A stretch of DNA of 64,000 nucleotides, from positions 496,001 through 560,000 of the forward strand of contig JASANG010000753.1 in assembly GCA_030248215.1 (NCBI GenBank). Direction: 5' to 3'. Each line of letters begins with the position of its first letter. Position 1 is the stretch's first letter. The notes beneath the pieces are model-generated. The model was not told the DNA's origin, made no database searches, and saw only the letters and a program-made list of their open reading frames with translations. Position numbers and translations under genes: made by a program. This document shows, piece by piece, positions 13,601 to 24,836 of this stretch. The stretch comes from Enoplolaimus lenunculus. Taxonomy: Eukaryota.

Positions 13601-16600
13601 TCAGTGTTTTGGGTAGCGACGGCAACGGATTTCTTGTCTCGTCATCCACAATTAATTCTCGCCAGTATGTCTGGGGTACAATGGCAGCGTCGTTTATTAA
13701 ACGACTTACCGGTGAGCTGTTTAGCCGGACAAAGAGGTGCTGGGAGCGGAATCGAAGTTGTAGAATTGAAATTGGAAGGGGTCAATTAAGAAAAACCAGT
13801 TAAATACTTGGATTGTTGACATAAATTGAATTGACAGTGTTGACATTGTTAGTAAAGGAATGCCTATAGGGGAGAGGACTATATGTAAGTCGCGTAAGGG
13901 GCGCGGCTGCCAAGGTTCTGTTTCATTGCTGTAATTAGTGAACTAATTGTTGGTTTTCCGACGCTATGTATCGGTCATTTGAAATGCAGATTATGTGTGT
14001 AAAACCAAATGCAAAAATCTAAAAACTTTTGTCAGTAGTTGCATTAAATCGGCGAAAATTTATTTTTCTTTGTTATAGGGTTTGTCGTTTGTACAAAAAT
14101 AGGTCTTGTATTTCTAGGTCAACTTGCTGAATATTGCAACAAGACAATTAGATTTGATAAAAAGCTTGCAGATTCAGTGTTACCTCAGGTACGTAACACA
14201 ATGTGGGCGAAAAGCGTAGTTGTCACAACTGATGGCAGATTAGGCTTCACTAAATCACTGTAGTACATGACGCCAAAAAGGGAGGAGTCTGTGGAAGGAC
14301 GTGAAAATTTTGTCTATAGATCTGGCGTTCGTTGGATATCGGCTAAGTGGGTGCTTCGATTTGGGTTCCTGGTTGGTTTCTAAACGAAGAAAATATCACA
14401 GTTTCCATGCGTGAACATTTGGTCGCAACAAAAATTTTACGAAAATATGTTTGATGCGCAAAAACGTTGTTTTAGGTTGAAGATGCTGACCGGGTGGCAA
14501 AAGCTGGATTGGGGAGTTGTCCTTGGGGGGAAGGGCAAAGCAAGGTTGTGGGCGCTTTCGCTGACGAGCTAGTTTGCTAATCTCCTAGTAGCGGAACACC
14601 AATAGGTTACACCTGTTTATAATACGGAACCGTCTTGTCAACCTCCTTACGATCAAAATGTTTTAGTGTTTGTAGTTTATTGTCATACATTTCTTTATTT
14701 TGCTTTTTCCTGTTACAGAAACAAATTATGTCAATGGCGTTGAATGCGTACGCAGCAGAAAGTATGGCCTATTACGTTGCAGGACTGCTGGATGAAATGC
14801 CTTTTATGGATATGGAGCTTGAAGGAGCTTGTATTAAGGTGTGTTTTATTATGCGTTGTTCACAATAATTTTCAAACGATAGCATATTATTTTATATGAG
14901 TTTTGTGGTCAACGAATGCATAATTTCGAAGTTGCACACTCGTTAACTCCAGCGTATCAAAATTATATTTGTTACTCTTACCTTAACACGTAAAACAATG
15001 CATAGCTCCTTTGTCGGTGATGTGATATGCGTTAAGGTAAGGTTAACAAAGAAAATTGTAATAAAGCATGGTTAACGACTGTTCAACTTTAAAATAGCAC
15101 ATACGGTAACCCCAATACCAGCACAAACCGGTGGGGCCATTCAAAATTATTGTGAATGGCACATTAATGTTATTCAACTGTAAATGTTGGTCCACAATTT
15201 ATATCAGACGTTAATCATTATTTTCGGTCGTCCCGCAGTTGACTTTTTGTCCAGATGAGCGGTAATCGCAATTGGAATGTTCGCTATTACAGTTTCTTCA
15301 GTCAGATGATTTAGTGTGGTTCTAATGTAAACCTTAGTTCTGCGAATTTTAATTAAGATTTTACTAATAATTGAAATACTACTTTTTACTACATTTAATT
15401 CTATTTTGTCAGTGGCCCCTATTTTAAATGCGTATAGCGCTTATCAATAGTAATAGATTTTCAAACTCACAATCTTGTGCAGATGTGGATTTAGAAATTT
15501 GCACCGAAATTTACATAGTAATGCAAATTTGAAAAATGTGCTGAGTTTTGAAGCTCGCCATTTACTGATTCGAAAGTTACAAGACCTATTACCAAGGCTA
15601 CAGGCATTTGAGAATAGGGCAACTATTGTTAAAGACATTTTTTGTCAAATCGAAATATTTAAGGGTTTTCTTTTAAATGTGGTTGACATATAAAGCAAAC
15701 GAAACAAGCAGTTGGCCCACACGGTTGGCGTAGCGTAGTGGTTGAGCAACATGCTTAGGCTCCTAAGTTCGAAACTCGCTCTGCGCCTGATGTTCCAGTT
15801 GCTTTGTTAAAAGATGTGAGATGTCCCGATATCCATCCTAGCTAGGTGGACAAAGATAGAATATGCAGAGTCGTGCTTTAGGTGTTTTCTCGCGAAGCAT
15901 TAACTGAAGCGATTACATCCGCTATTCAAATCGTTGGTGCACAGTCTCTCGGCGCAAACGCAGAATTGGATTCTGAGTTGCAGTTACGCGATTTAACAAT
16001 GCTCAATAGCTTTATGGTAGGCATTAAATGCACTTAGAGTCCGGCGTCCGTTGATTAATCCACTGGTTGGATCTATGTACATTGTTTAGCCTAACGTGGG
16101 AAATTTTTAAAGAATAAGTATTGAAATCTGTTTTAAGTGAAAATTTTATTCTTTAAATGGGCTATTTGCGATGTAAATATGTGTTGAGTCGGAGGTTGAA
16201 TTTTCAATTTTTTGTTTTGATTCAGTATCATTCATGATAAGATTTGAAAATTTTTAATTGCTTCCAGCATGGAAACGAGTATTTGCGAGCGTACATTGCA
16301 ATGACAGGCCTGACAACGTGGGCTGCTGATTCTAATACTGAGCTTGAGTAAGCTGTTTTAATATTGTAGTATAGTTAGACAAACGCAAAACACATGCAAT
16401 CACTGGAACATTCGCTCCCAAGAGGCTATTTTAGCATCAAACGGTTTGACCTGAATTGTTAGTGATAGAAGTTTTAACAACACATTGATAAGTAAATAAA
16501 CTTACTGAAAATTTCGTGTTTAGCGTTGAGAGTTTATGGCGCTGTTCGTTGGTTTGTAGGAATCTCAAAGATCCGCTAAATTTTGGCTGGCATTCAATAC

Positions 16601-19017
16601 AATCGAGCGCTTCGGAGGCGGCAGATTTAATGAAAGCAGTGCCACGATTTAAGCATTATATCAATGAACATGTCCACCCTAGCCTTGAAGTAAGCTAAGT
16701 TAATCTGTTCTGCCGTGTTTGGGGGTCGAACTCTTAATCGTGTGCTGATTGTTTCTGCGTACAGCAGCTACTGCCTGTTTAATTACTGTTTTCAGTTCAA
16801 CTGATGTGTATCATTTTAGAACAAAAGTTTGTCTTTTAATCAAAGAAACTTGGGCAAGTTTTGGTCTGATGACCACTGGCCCCCCAGGGTGGCGCTATAG
16901 TTGTTGCGCTGCGCCGTCCGACACCATACGGTATGGTACGTGAGGAAATCACGTATGACACCGCACGGTGACGGACGGCACCGGACAGTCACGGACGGTG
17001 CCGGACGTCATCAAAAGTATAGCGCCACCCTAAGGGTTATTATTTTCAATTTTGTTAAATCTTTGTTATCTGCTTAGATGTCTGCGCATTATTTGGAAGA
17101 AGCGTTGTCGAAGTTTGACAAAACGTTTAAACGTATGGTAATTGTGTATGGCAAGGTACGTACAGAATGGCACGAAGTTTTTGTACTGGGGTCTATTGGA
17201 ATAATTTTATCTTAATTTATATTGATGTTTATAGTTACGTACAAATAATTTTTTAGATTAGAAATTGGAAGTTGCAAAAGCATTTTAGTGCCTTTTGTCA
17301 ACCTTGATTCATCTCAGATTCTCTCGCTTTCGCTCTTTAGCATTTTTCACATCCGGTCGCACAGTGTGGAAAGTAGTTTTACTGTAGCGGACTTAAAGAC
17401 AATATTCAGAAACTTTAGTTGTTATACTACTGTTACATCACTTAAAGCAACATTTGCTAATCCAACCATAAGACTGAGGCCAAGTCTAAGCGAATGTATA
17501 TAACCACTGTTTTACTAAAAAACCACACTGCAACAAACAGATTGTCTCATAGCAATATATGATGCTATTTTATTGTTGATGCAGATAATACATTTAGAAA
17601 GAAAAGGGTATTAGATTGTAAATCAGATCGACAGAGATGATTTCTGTTCAGATAGGTAATAAAATGAAAATTTTTTACAGGAAATTGAAGAAGAATATTT
17701 TGTTCTCGAACGTCTGAGTACGTGTGGCATCTTGTTGTTCGCGTCGTTTGCGTCTATTAGCCGAGCTTCAAGATCTTACTCAATTGGACTAAGAAGCGCA
17801 CATGAAGAGGTAACCAAATTGAGAGTTGGGAATAATTGTTTAGAGAGGTAGAAAGTAAGACGGTGTGCATGCTAGGTAGCTAGATCTGTCGATATCTTCT
17901 TTTATTTTATGTTTCAAGCACACTTAACGATGATTTGTGTCAGGATATAATTTTGACGAAAAATATTCTCTTGAATTACTACACACAAAATAAATTGTCT
18001 TAAACTTTCAAGTCTCCTACTTTCTTAAATTTTCTAGACGTAAATGTGTTGTATTTCAGACATTAATAGCCTTAAACAGCTCAGAAATTAGTTTCTTAAA
18101 TGGTTAAAACATAAATAGTTGTCTTATATCCAAGAAATAATTTTCTTATTTTTATATGTTTAAAAAATTGTTCCGTTTATATTTTCAAGAATGTATAAAT
18201 GATCGAGTTTCAAAGATATTTCGGGTTGAGCTCAGGCTCCCCCTACCTAAGTTTACAACGTGTACGTATCGTTGGTTGTAGCAATAGCGTATTGGGTAGA
18301 GCTTTAGCCACCAAGTTTGGAGTCTGTTTTCATGGCAATCTCTGTGTTTTATTTCAGACATAATTGTCTTACATTTCAGAAATATTTGTCTTATATTTCA
18401 GAAATATTTTTTAATCGTTCATAAATCAAAGTCTTAAATTTAAGACATTTAAATGTGAAAAATTTTAGACCAATATTTCTGAAACATAAGAAATAAAAGT
18501 TTTGAACTCAAGACATATGTCTGGCGTCTGTATAAAGACATAAGTCGTAAATTTCAGTACTACATTGTATTTGCTTTACAGATTGAAATGGCACAAACGT
18601 TTTGCTGTCAGGCGCGATACAAAATAGTTCATGCAATGCAGGATTTAACTGATCGTAAGTTTTATCTTAATTTTATGGTACAATATTGTCGAAGTTGAAG
18701 TATTTTTGAAACTCACCATGTAAAATGCTTAATTTATAATTGAACACTGTTTATTGTGTATTATTTTTAAATGTTTTCTTATTTTTGCTAAGAATTTATT
18801 TTACTTTTCTTCGTGAAAATTAAGGTTTGCGGTATATCAATGAAGTGTGACAGATATGTTTAGTGAAATAGTTTTAGTTTAAAGCTTAGAGATTTCCTAT
18901 TATTTACTTTCAGAAATGACTTATATGAATCAAGACGTTATCAAAAAGCGTCTTGGTGCCAAATTGTTCAAAGAACGTGGATGGATGATCGAAAGCCCTT
19001 TGCAGAGGAATTGGTAG
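10648..19017 (+). CDS. ACAD9: Mitochondrial acyl-CoA dehydrogenase family member, ACAD9/VLCAD-like (~18 exons)
   Basis: Arg-rich N-terminus (MASRFAKCWLMKRTSFCRF); SVAKGLFCNKV, LKQIGVFGLQVPVEYGGKGL, LHGTEEQKSNFLPRLASGE, LTGTKHWVTNGG, AYAAESMAYYVAG, LEGACIKVFSRE; ends KLFKERGWMIESPLQRNW* (TAG 19015-19017), with the C-terminal extension typical of ACAD9/VLCAD. Confidence 0.88.
15414..15620. mobile_element. MITE with GCCCCTATT(C)TCAAATG-type TIRs (partial copies near 26500, 46800, 53680, 55790, 56280)
   Basis: Left GGCCCCTATTTTAAATG and right CATTTGAGAATAGGGC are reverse complements; the CATTTGAGAATA motif recurs across the window. Confidence 0.65.
15723..15790 (+). other. tRNA-like / SINE-head fragment with Pol III A and B boxes
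   Basis: TAGCGTAGTGGTT (A-box-like) and GTTCGAAAC (B-box-like); no complete cloverleaf. Confidence 0.4.
16887..17030. mobile_element. PIF/Harbinger (Tourist-like) MITE, GGGTKGCGCTATA family
   Basis: TIR GGGTGGCGCTATA...TATAGCGCCACCC followed by TAA; internal GACGG/CCGTC repeats. Confidence 0.75.
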
Positions 19018-20309
19018 CTGTCACAATATGATACTGGCTAAAATTTGTTATCCATAATGCGAAACTTGTCGTGTTTGTTCACGTCAGAGTCGGGGAACAC
19101 GTTGAGGGAGGAACATTTTCGTTTTGTTGACAGTGTCAGTACTAAAGATTGATTGTATTCCGCTCTCTGGACTCTAATATTCGGTCACCAGGTGTCTGCT
19201 GTGCTCTTTAACATTATATTTTATTACAAAAATGTTATCCTATTTGTTGGTGTTTCATAGTTTATGCGTTTGGAGGTTGATATTGTTGTTTATTGGCGCA
19301 TGCAGAAAAGATATAGATTTGGGTTGCTAAGATGCTGTCGTCGGAGAATCGCGCTATTATTACCCTCACCGCCCCCCTCTTTTTTCTGAATTATACCTGT
19401 CTCAGAAACACAACTTAAACTTGTTGAGATGTGAGCGTTGGTGTATGTACACTGTTGAGGAAGTGTGTTGTGGTTAATGCAATCCATTGGGTAGCAAGTA
19501 GACAAAATATAAACTGTTTGATCCATGTTACGCTTAGGGGCGTCCCGGTTTCCCACGAGACTGCAATGGTGTATGCTTAGGCTCAAGAATATGTTTTCGT
19601 GACTGTATGTTTAGTTTTTAGATTAATCGTTACGCTGATCGAAAGTGACGAATCCTTCAATTTAGATACTCAAACAATATATGAAGTAAAATTTAGTCTG
19701 ATGTTATTTTGTAATTAATGACGTGTACAATATTGAGCAGCTATCGTTGCCATAGTTTTAGTTCGTGTGTTGAATTTGGTCTTTCGCGATCAGGTGCTTG
19801 TAGGCATTGCCTAAATTGAATTCGATTCAACAACTTATGCGGATGTGCCGATTATAAAGAAGCGAAACTGGCAAATGTTGAAATTAATGAAAAAATCCGC
19901 ATTTACCGCTGGTCCTCTAACAACGATCTGAATGTATATATCCTTGACCGGTTAATCTAATCGATGTGTCTATTAAGTGGTTAAAGTGGTAACAGATTGT
20001 ATAATTGAATTTTTCTGTTTGTTAAGATAATAAAATTTAAGATATTCCAGTGAATATTTGCATAATTGTATTGGGACAACAATGCAGCGGCTTGAATTTG
20101 GTCTTTTAATATTCGTTTCCGTATTTACTATCCATTTATATTATGCATGTTGAAATTTTCAAAGTAGCTATACCATATTTCGTTCAACATTAAACTTTCT
20201 AGGGTTTTAAATTTTGCTTTTCAATACTCTGTATTTTTAAACTCATAACGGTGGTATTCAATCGGTTTAATTAAGTATGTAAATTCGTGCAAAGTCTCGA
20301 AATTATGCC

Positions 20310-22469
20310 ATGGAAGACTTTGTGTTACTGAAGGAACGATTGCTGTGTATAGTTGTGTTGACCACATTCCAAGCGATATCTCACGCAGTGGATAGTCAGT
20401 CGCTGTCTGAATGCAATATTACCGATGAACCGTATCCAGATTCACCGCTGGTGCCTTGCGCGTTTCTGTAAGTTTCTTAAAATTATTTTGTTAAAAAAGT
20501 TATGGTCCTTGTAGACTTCCCACAAGTCTCCGCTTAGGCTTAGAAAAAGGCTTACGTAAGCATACACGTTCAACCTTAAGTGTGCGTGGCAAGTGGAAAG
20601 TACATACGAGAGCCGAAATAATTTTATTAGTAACATTTGCGAAAATGGTTTACGTGAGTTTTAGGGTTGCGCTATAGTTTTTAATTATTTTATTGGTGTC
20701 CGGCGTCAGTGGCGTACGGTGACGCACGGATGACGGATGGTGCCGGACGGGTGGTGAACGGTGACGGACAACGCCGTACGACAAGGATAGCGCAACCCTT
20801 AACCTTAAATATCGAATGCATGTGCAGGTACAGGAATAGAAATTTTCTGTCGGGTGCATGGGCAGGCACAAGAATCAAAATTTTCTTTGTAACATTTTGA
20901 AGTTGGTTGGGCCTTGTGTAGAGTGTAATGTAGTTCTTGTTTCACATGAATAAATTAAATATTTGCTCAATTTCAGGCCAGAAGAATTCATTATATGCGA
21001 GCCTCCTTTGGACTTAAAAGGTAACGTGACCGCGAAACACGAACTCGGATATGGCTGTACAAAGGTAATTCGAGTTTTATTTTGCGCCGTTTGGTGCATT
21101 ATTTTGGGTTTACAGAGATTGAAAAATTACATTTTCAGTGTAGTTTTCTGAGATCGATGCGCTATTGTTTTTATTAATATTTTAAGTAGCTTTTCTATTC
21201 AGAGAATGTGTCAGCTCCGCAGTTGTTGTTGGCGTATTTATTGGTATTTTTAAATTTTTTCTTGGAAAGATCTTTAATACATTTAGGTGACATTTTCATA
21301 GCTGATGTTAACCCTTTCACTCATAGAGCATACTATGAGCAACTAAATACAATACTATACGAGCAATACACACACTGGGAGCTGTGTTTAACATTTATAA
21401 CATATATGCGCAGTGCAAAATTTCCACAAGACGTGAGAGCCTACTCGGGTTCGAGCGTCAAGCTCTTATAGCTCAGTGGTCATCGTAAACGCCTCCCATC
21501 CGGGAGACTGGGAATCCAATCTTACCTTGAAATTATATCTCATATGAAATTGAAAATATTCATGTGAGAAAGGGTTAATTTTATTGATTTTTTCGGTTTT
21601 TATTAAATTTCAGTTTGGTGGCAGCAAATGGCACGAAGTCGAAAAGACCGATGTCATATGCCACGCACTCGACTGCATTGAATGTTACGGCGATCGCACA
21701 TTTATGAGACCTGATCAACCTTGTATTAAGTAAGTCTTTGTTATTGCTCAACATCGACAAGGTTCACTGTGTTTATTCGCAAATGTTTGTTGCACTTTTT
21801 AACATTTGGTGGTAAGTCTTGTAACTTTCGTACCAGAGTTTGAAATACTTGTTTGGCAGGGTGTAAACCGAAGGTGAAACAGGAGCCGGAGGTGAACACA
21901 TTCTAAAAGTCTCTAGTCTACATGTCTCCCAGTGGTCAAGCTCCTATAAATAACGTGGGTCAAAGAAAAACTTTATAGTTCTTGGGTTTTAAAAAGGTGG
22001 ATAGACGATATAAGTTTTTGTGTAGGCTTCTGCAACGTCTTGAATATTCAGGAGTTGAGAACCTTGATACGCAGAGGATTCGTGGGCCGTTTCGGTATGA
22101 CTATAGTAGATAGTCAGCACGGTTTTGTTATAAAGTAAGGCAGGGAGGGCGTAAAGTTATGTACAGAACACTATATTTATTAAATATAATGGATTTTGAA
22201 GTATTTTGTTTGAATATGAGTCATGTATGAAATATTTGTTTTGGTTTTGTTTCAGGTATACCGGACATTATTTCATGAGTACATTGCTTTATTCAATACT
22301 CCTCGGATTTATTGGTCTCGATCGATTTTGCCTTGGACATACGGGTGCTGCAGTTGGTAAACTAATTACGCTGGGTGGTTTTGGCATCTGGTGGATTGTT
22401 GACGTTATTCTGCTTGTTACAGGACGTTTAACCCCGGAAGACGGATCTAATTGGATGCCTTATTACTGA
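20310..22469 (+). CDS. TM2D2: TM2 domain-containing protein 2
   Basis: Exons 20310-20467, 20977-21064, 21614-21729, 22256-22469 with GT-AG ends. The product includes [100 protein letters not shown]. Confidence 0.95.
20504..20614. mobile_element. MITE, GGCTCTTGTACAC family, with TTAGGC core
   Basis: Ends GGTCCTTGTAGACTTCC / GGAAAGTACATACGAGAGCC; internal CTTAGGCTTAG. Confidence 0.55.
20664..20798. mobile_element. PIF/Harbinger (Tourist-like) MITE, GGGTTGCGCTATA family
   Basis: TIR GGGTTGCGCTAT...ATAGCGCAACCC with a perfect TTA TSD (20661-63 and 20799-801). Confidence 0.82.
21312..21574. mobile_element. piggyBac-type MITE
   Basis: TTAA|CCCTTTCACTCAT ... ATGTGAGAAAGGG|TTAA: TTAA TSD and CCC/GGG termini. 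Confidence 0.75.
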
Positions 22470-23581
22470 AAACCAAGAAGATAGTGGTATGGCTATGTTA
22501 ACTGAATTTGACAGTTTCGCCATTCGAATGTGGACAGCCGGGCAACAACATTTGTAGACCACTGGGCTGTGTCGAACGTGACGTCAGTTTTAGTGCTTGG
22601 ATGTAGAAGTATTACCATTGTAAATGGTGGCTTCGTTGCTTCTAGGAATGTGATGAATTTTTCCGATTTATTTTCTGGTGACAAGAAAAATGCATCTAAT
22701 TTTATGGTACACTGAGAGTCTGTTTGTAGTTTGTACTTAACCTGGTTTCGGATTAATCTGCGTTCTTACGACTGACACGAAATGGCGTATATTCAAAATA
22801 AAATATGAAGCTCTTGTACACTTCCCGCCCCCCACAGTTTAGGGTTATTCGGCTTAGGCTAATGTTCAGGCTTAGGCTAAGATTTGAGCTTAGGAATAGG
22901 TAACAGGGTGCAACCGGGGGTGAAAAATACCGGAACCGAAGGTCAACAGAATTTTCCGGAGTCGGAGGTGAAAAAACCGGAACCGGTGGTCAACAGAATT
23001 TCCCGGAGCCGGAGGTGAAGCGAAAATAGATGGCTCAAATGATGTTCGATTGTTAATTTTTGTAAATATCTGTAACGTGTTATTAAAACTACTTGATTTC
23101 GCTATATTTTTTACGAAATCTCGACCAATGTTTTCTATAAAATTGTACCTAAAAGTTAAAACGAAACACTAAATAAATATGCAAAATTTCACTACCGAAA
23201 TTGCTGGAAAGTCCGACAGAAATTGTACCGGCAGGGAGAATAATTTTATACAAGATCAAAATATTGTACTACTTATTAAGGAACCAAGTGATATTCGCCA
23301 AATGTTGCAGCTATGGTAAAAGAAAGACTAATGAATGTACGGGAACCTGACCTATATGTTGTAAATTACGGATCATGACACTTGGTAGAAATTTAACTGG
23401 AGCCAGCGATTGAAGATTTTGCGCAAGTAAACATTTGGGCCAGATACGATAATATATCTTGTATTCATGGTACAGCAACCAGAATTACTGAATATAATAG
23501 AAAGTGAAAAATACATGTTACCGTAAAATTTATCTGTGGTAAGCGATAAATAAACTAACTAGCGATCCTACGTGCAATTTT

Positions 23582-23828
23582 GGCCCATGTAAGGATCAGG
23601 GGCGGAACGCTTTTCTGTGCGACTAGAATAGAGTAAGCTTGAGCTTTAGACTATTTTTTGTTTGCTTTACGTTTAAGCTTATGCTTAGGAGTAAACTTAT
23701 TAAAAAGTATATTTTTTTGCTTGGCTTAGGCTTAGGAATATGCTTATTCTTACGCTTAGGCTAAGGCTTAAGTTCAGGCTTAGGAATATGCTTATAATAC
23801 TGTTCGGCCTCTGTTCTTTACATTGGCC
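23582..23828. mobile_element. MITE, GGCC(C/A)ATGT family, with degenerate TTAGGC array
   Basis: ~30-bp imperfect TIRs GGCCCATGTAAGGATCAGGGGCGGAAC / GTTCGGCCTCTGTTCTTTACATTGGCC; core has GGCTTAGGCTTAGGAATATGC twice. Confidence 0.75.
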
Positions 23829-24240
23829 GCAATTTTTAACTTTTTCGTGGATATCAGGCGCTCACTTTTAGCAGACGCATAGAGAGAAAAATACCGCAAC
23901 CGGATAAGGAAAAACAATTTGCCTGCAGTAATCGGGATTCCGGTATTGACACTGCGTTTATTTTGAAATGCTAATATAAATTCTGTGTTAAATATGTTGA
24001 GCAGATTGGGCAACGTTCATGTACCAACAGTATTTCGCTCTAAAGTCGTGTCAACGCCCGCAGTTTTATTGGAAATGAAATAGTAAACACCATACGTTCG
24101 CTACAATATTTAGCGTAAATATATTTCAATGTGATTCTTTCTCCTTGGAACGTAAAATGACTCATGTCTATGCAGTTCGAGGGAAGGGTAGCATTCGATA
24201 AAATCTCTGTTGCAGTGGTTTAAATCAGACGGAGCCAAAT

Positions 24241-24549
24241 CAGGGTACAACCGGAGGTCTTGCTCCGGCAGAAAATAGGCCTCCGGCTACGGTAGAATTT
24301 TTGTCGGAGGTTCCGGCAATTTCGGTAGCAAAATTTTGCAAAATTTATCTGTTTAGCGCGTTTCCTTTTACTTTTGTCACAATGTTCAGGAAAGAATTAC
24401 CGTGGAGATATTGGCTAAAATTAATTAACCATCATTTTCACTACCTTATTTCGCCTCACCTCCGGCTCCGGCAAGTTTCGTTGACCTTCGGCTCCGGCAA
24501 GTTTCGTTGACCTTCGGCTCCGGTATTCTTCATCTCCGGTTGCATCCTG
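24241..24549. mobile_element. MITE with CAGGGTRCAACCGGAG TIRs and CCGG-rich subterminal repeats (partial copies ~4850, 21858, 22903, 57031)
   Basis: CAGGGTACAACCGGAG ... CTCCGGTTGCATCCTG; internal ~27-bp tandem TCGTTGACCTTCGGCTCCGGCAAGTT. Confidence 0.7.
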
Positions 24550-24836
24550 CTATTGACTAATGAATACCTGCGTTGGCCAAACTTTCTTTGCATAGGCTCA
24601 GGTATAAGCTCATTGCTACGCCTAGTGCTCGAAGTCTTACCTTTCAACTGTTTTCCATATGTTCTCACGGTTTATAAAACTAGCTACGACTTTCTTTCGC
24701 ATAGAAAATTAAAATCCCACCATAAATATTAACAACATAACAAGCAACTTATGCTTTATATAACAAGCCCAAAACACTTGTAACAATAAAATCAATACTA
24801 TCACATCACTATTAAGATCAATATTCTTGGTTTCTG

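Noticed and set aside
17941..18560. AT-rich intronic stretch with recurring TGTCTTA/TTTCAGA motifs
   Set aside because: Probably a decayed foldback or MITE; no convincing TIR or TSD defined.
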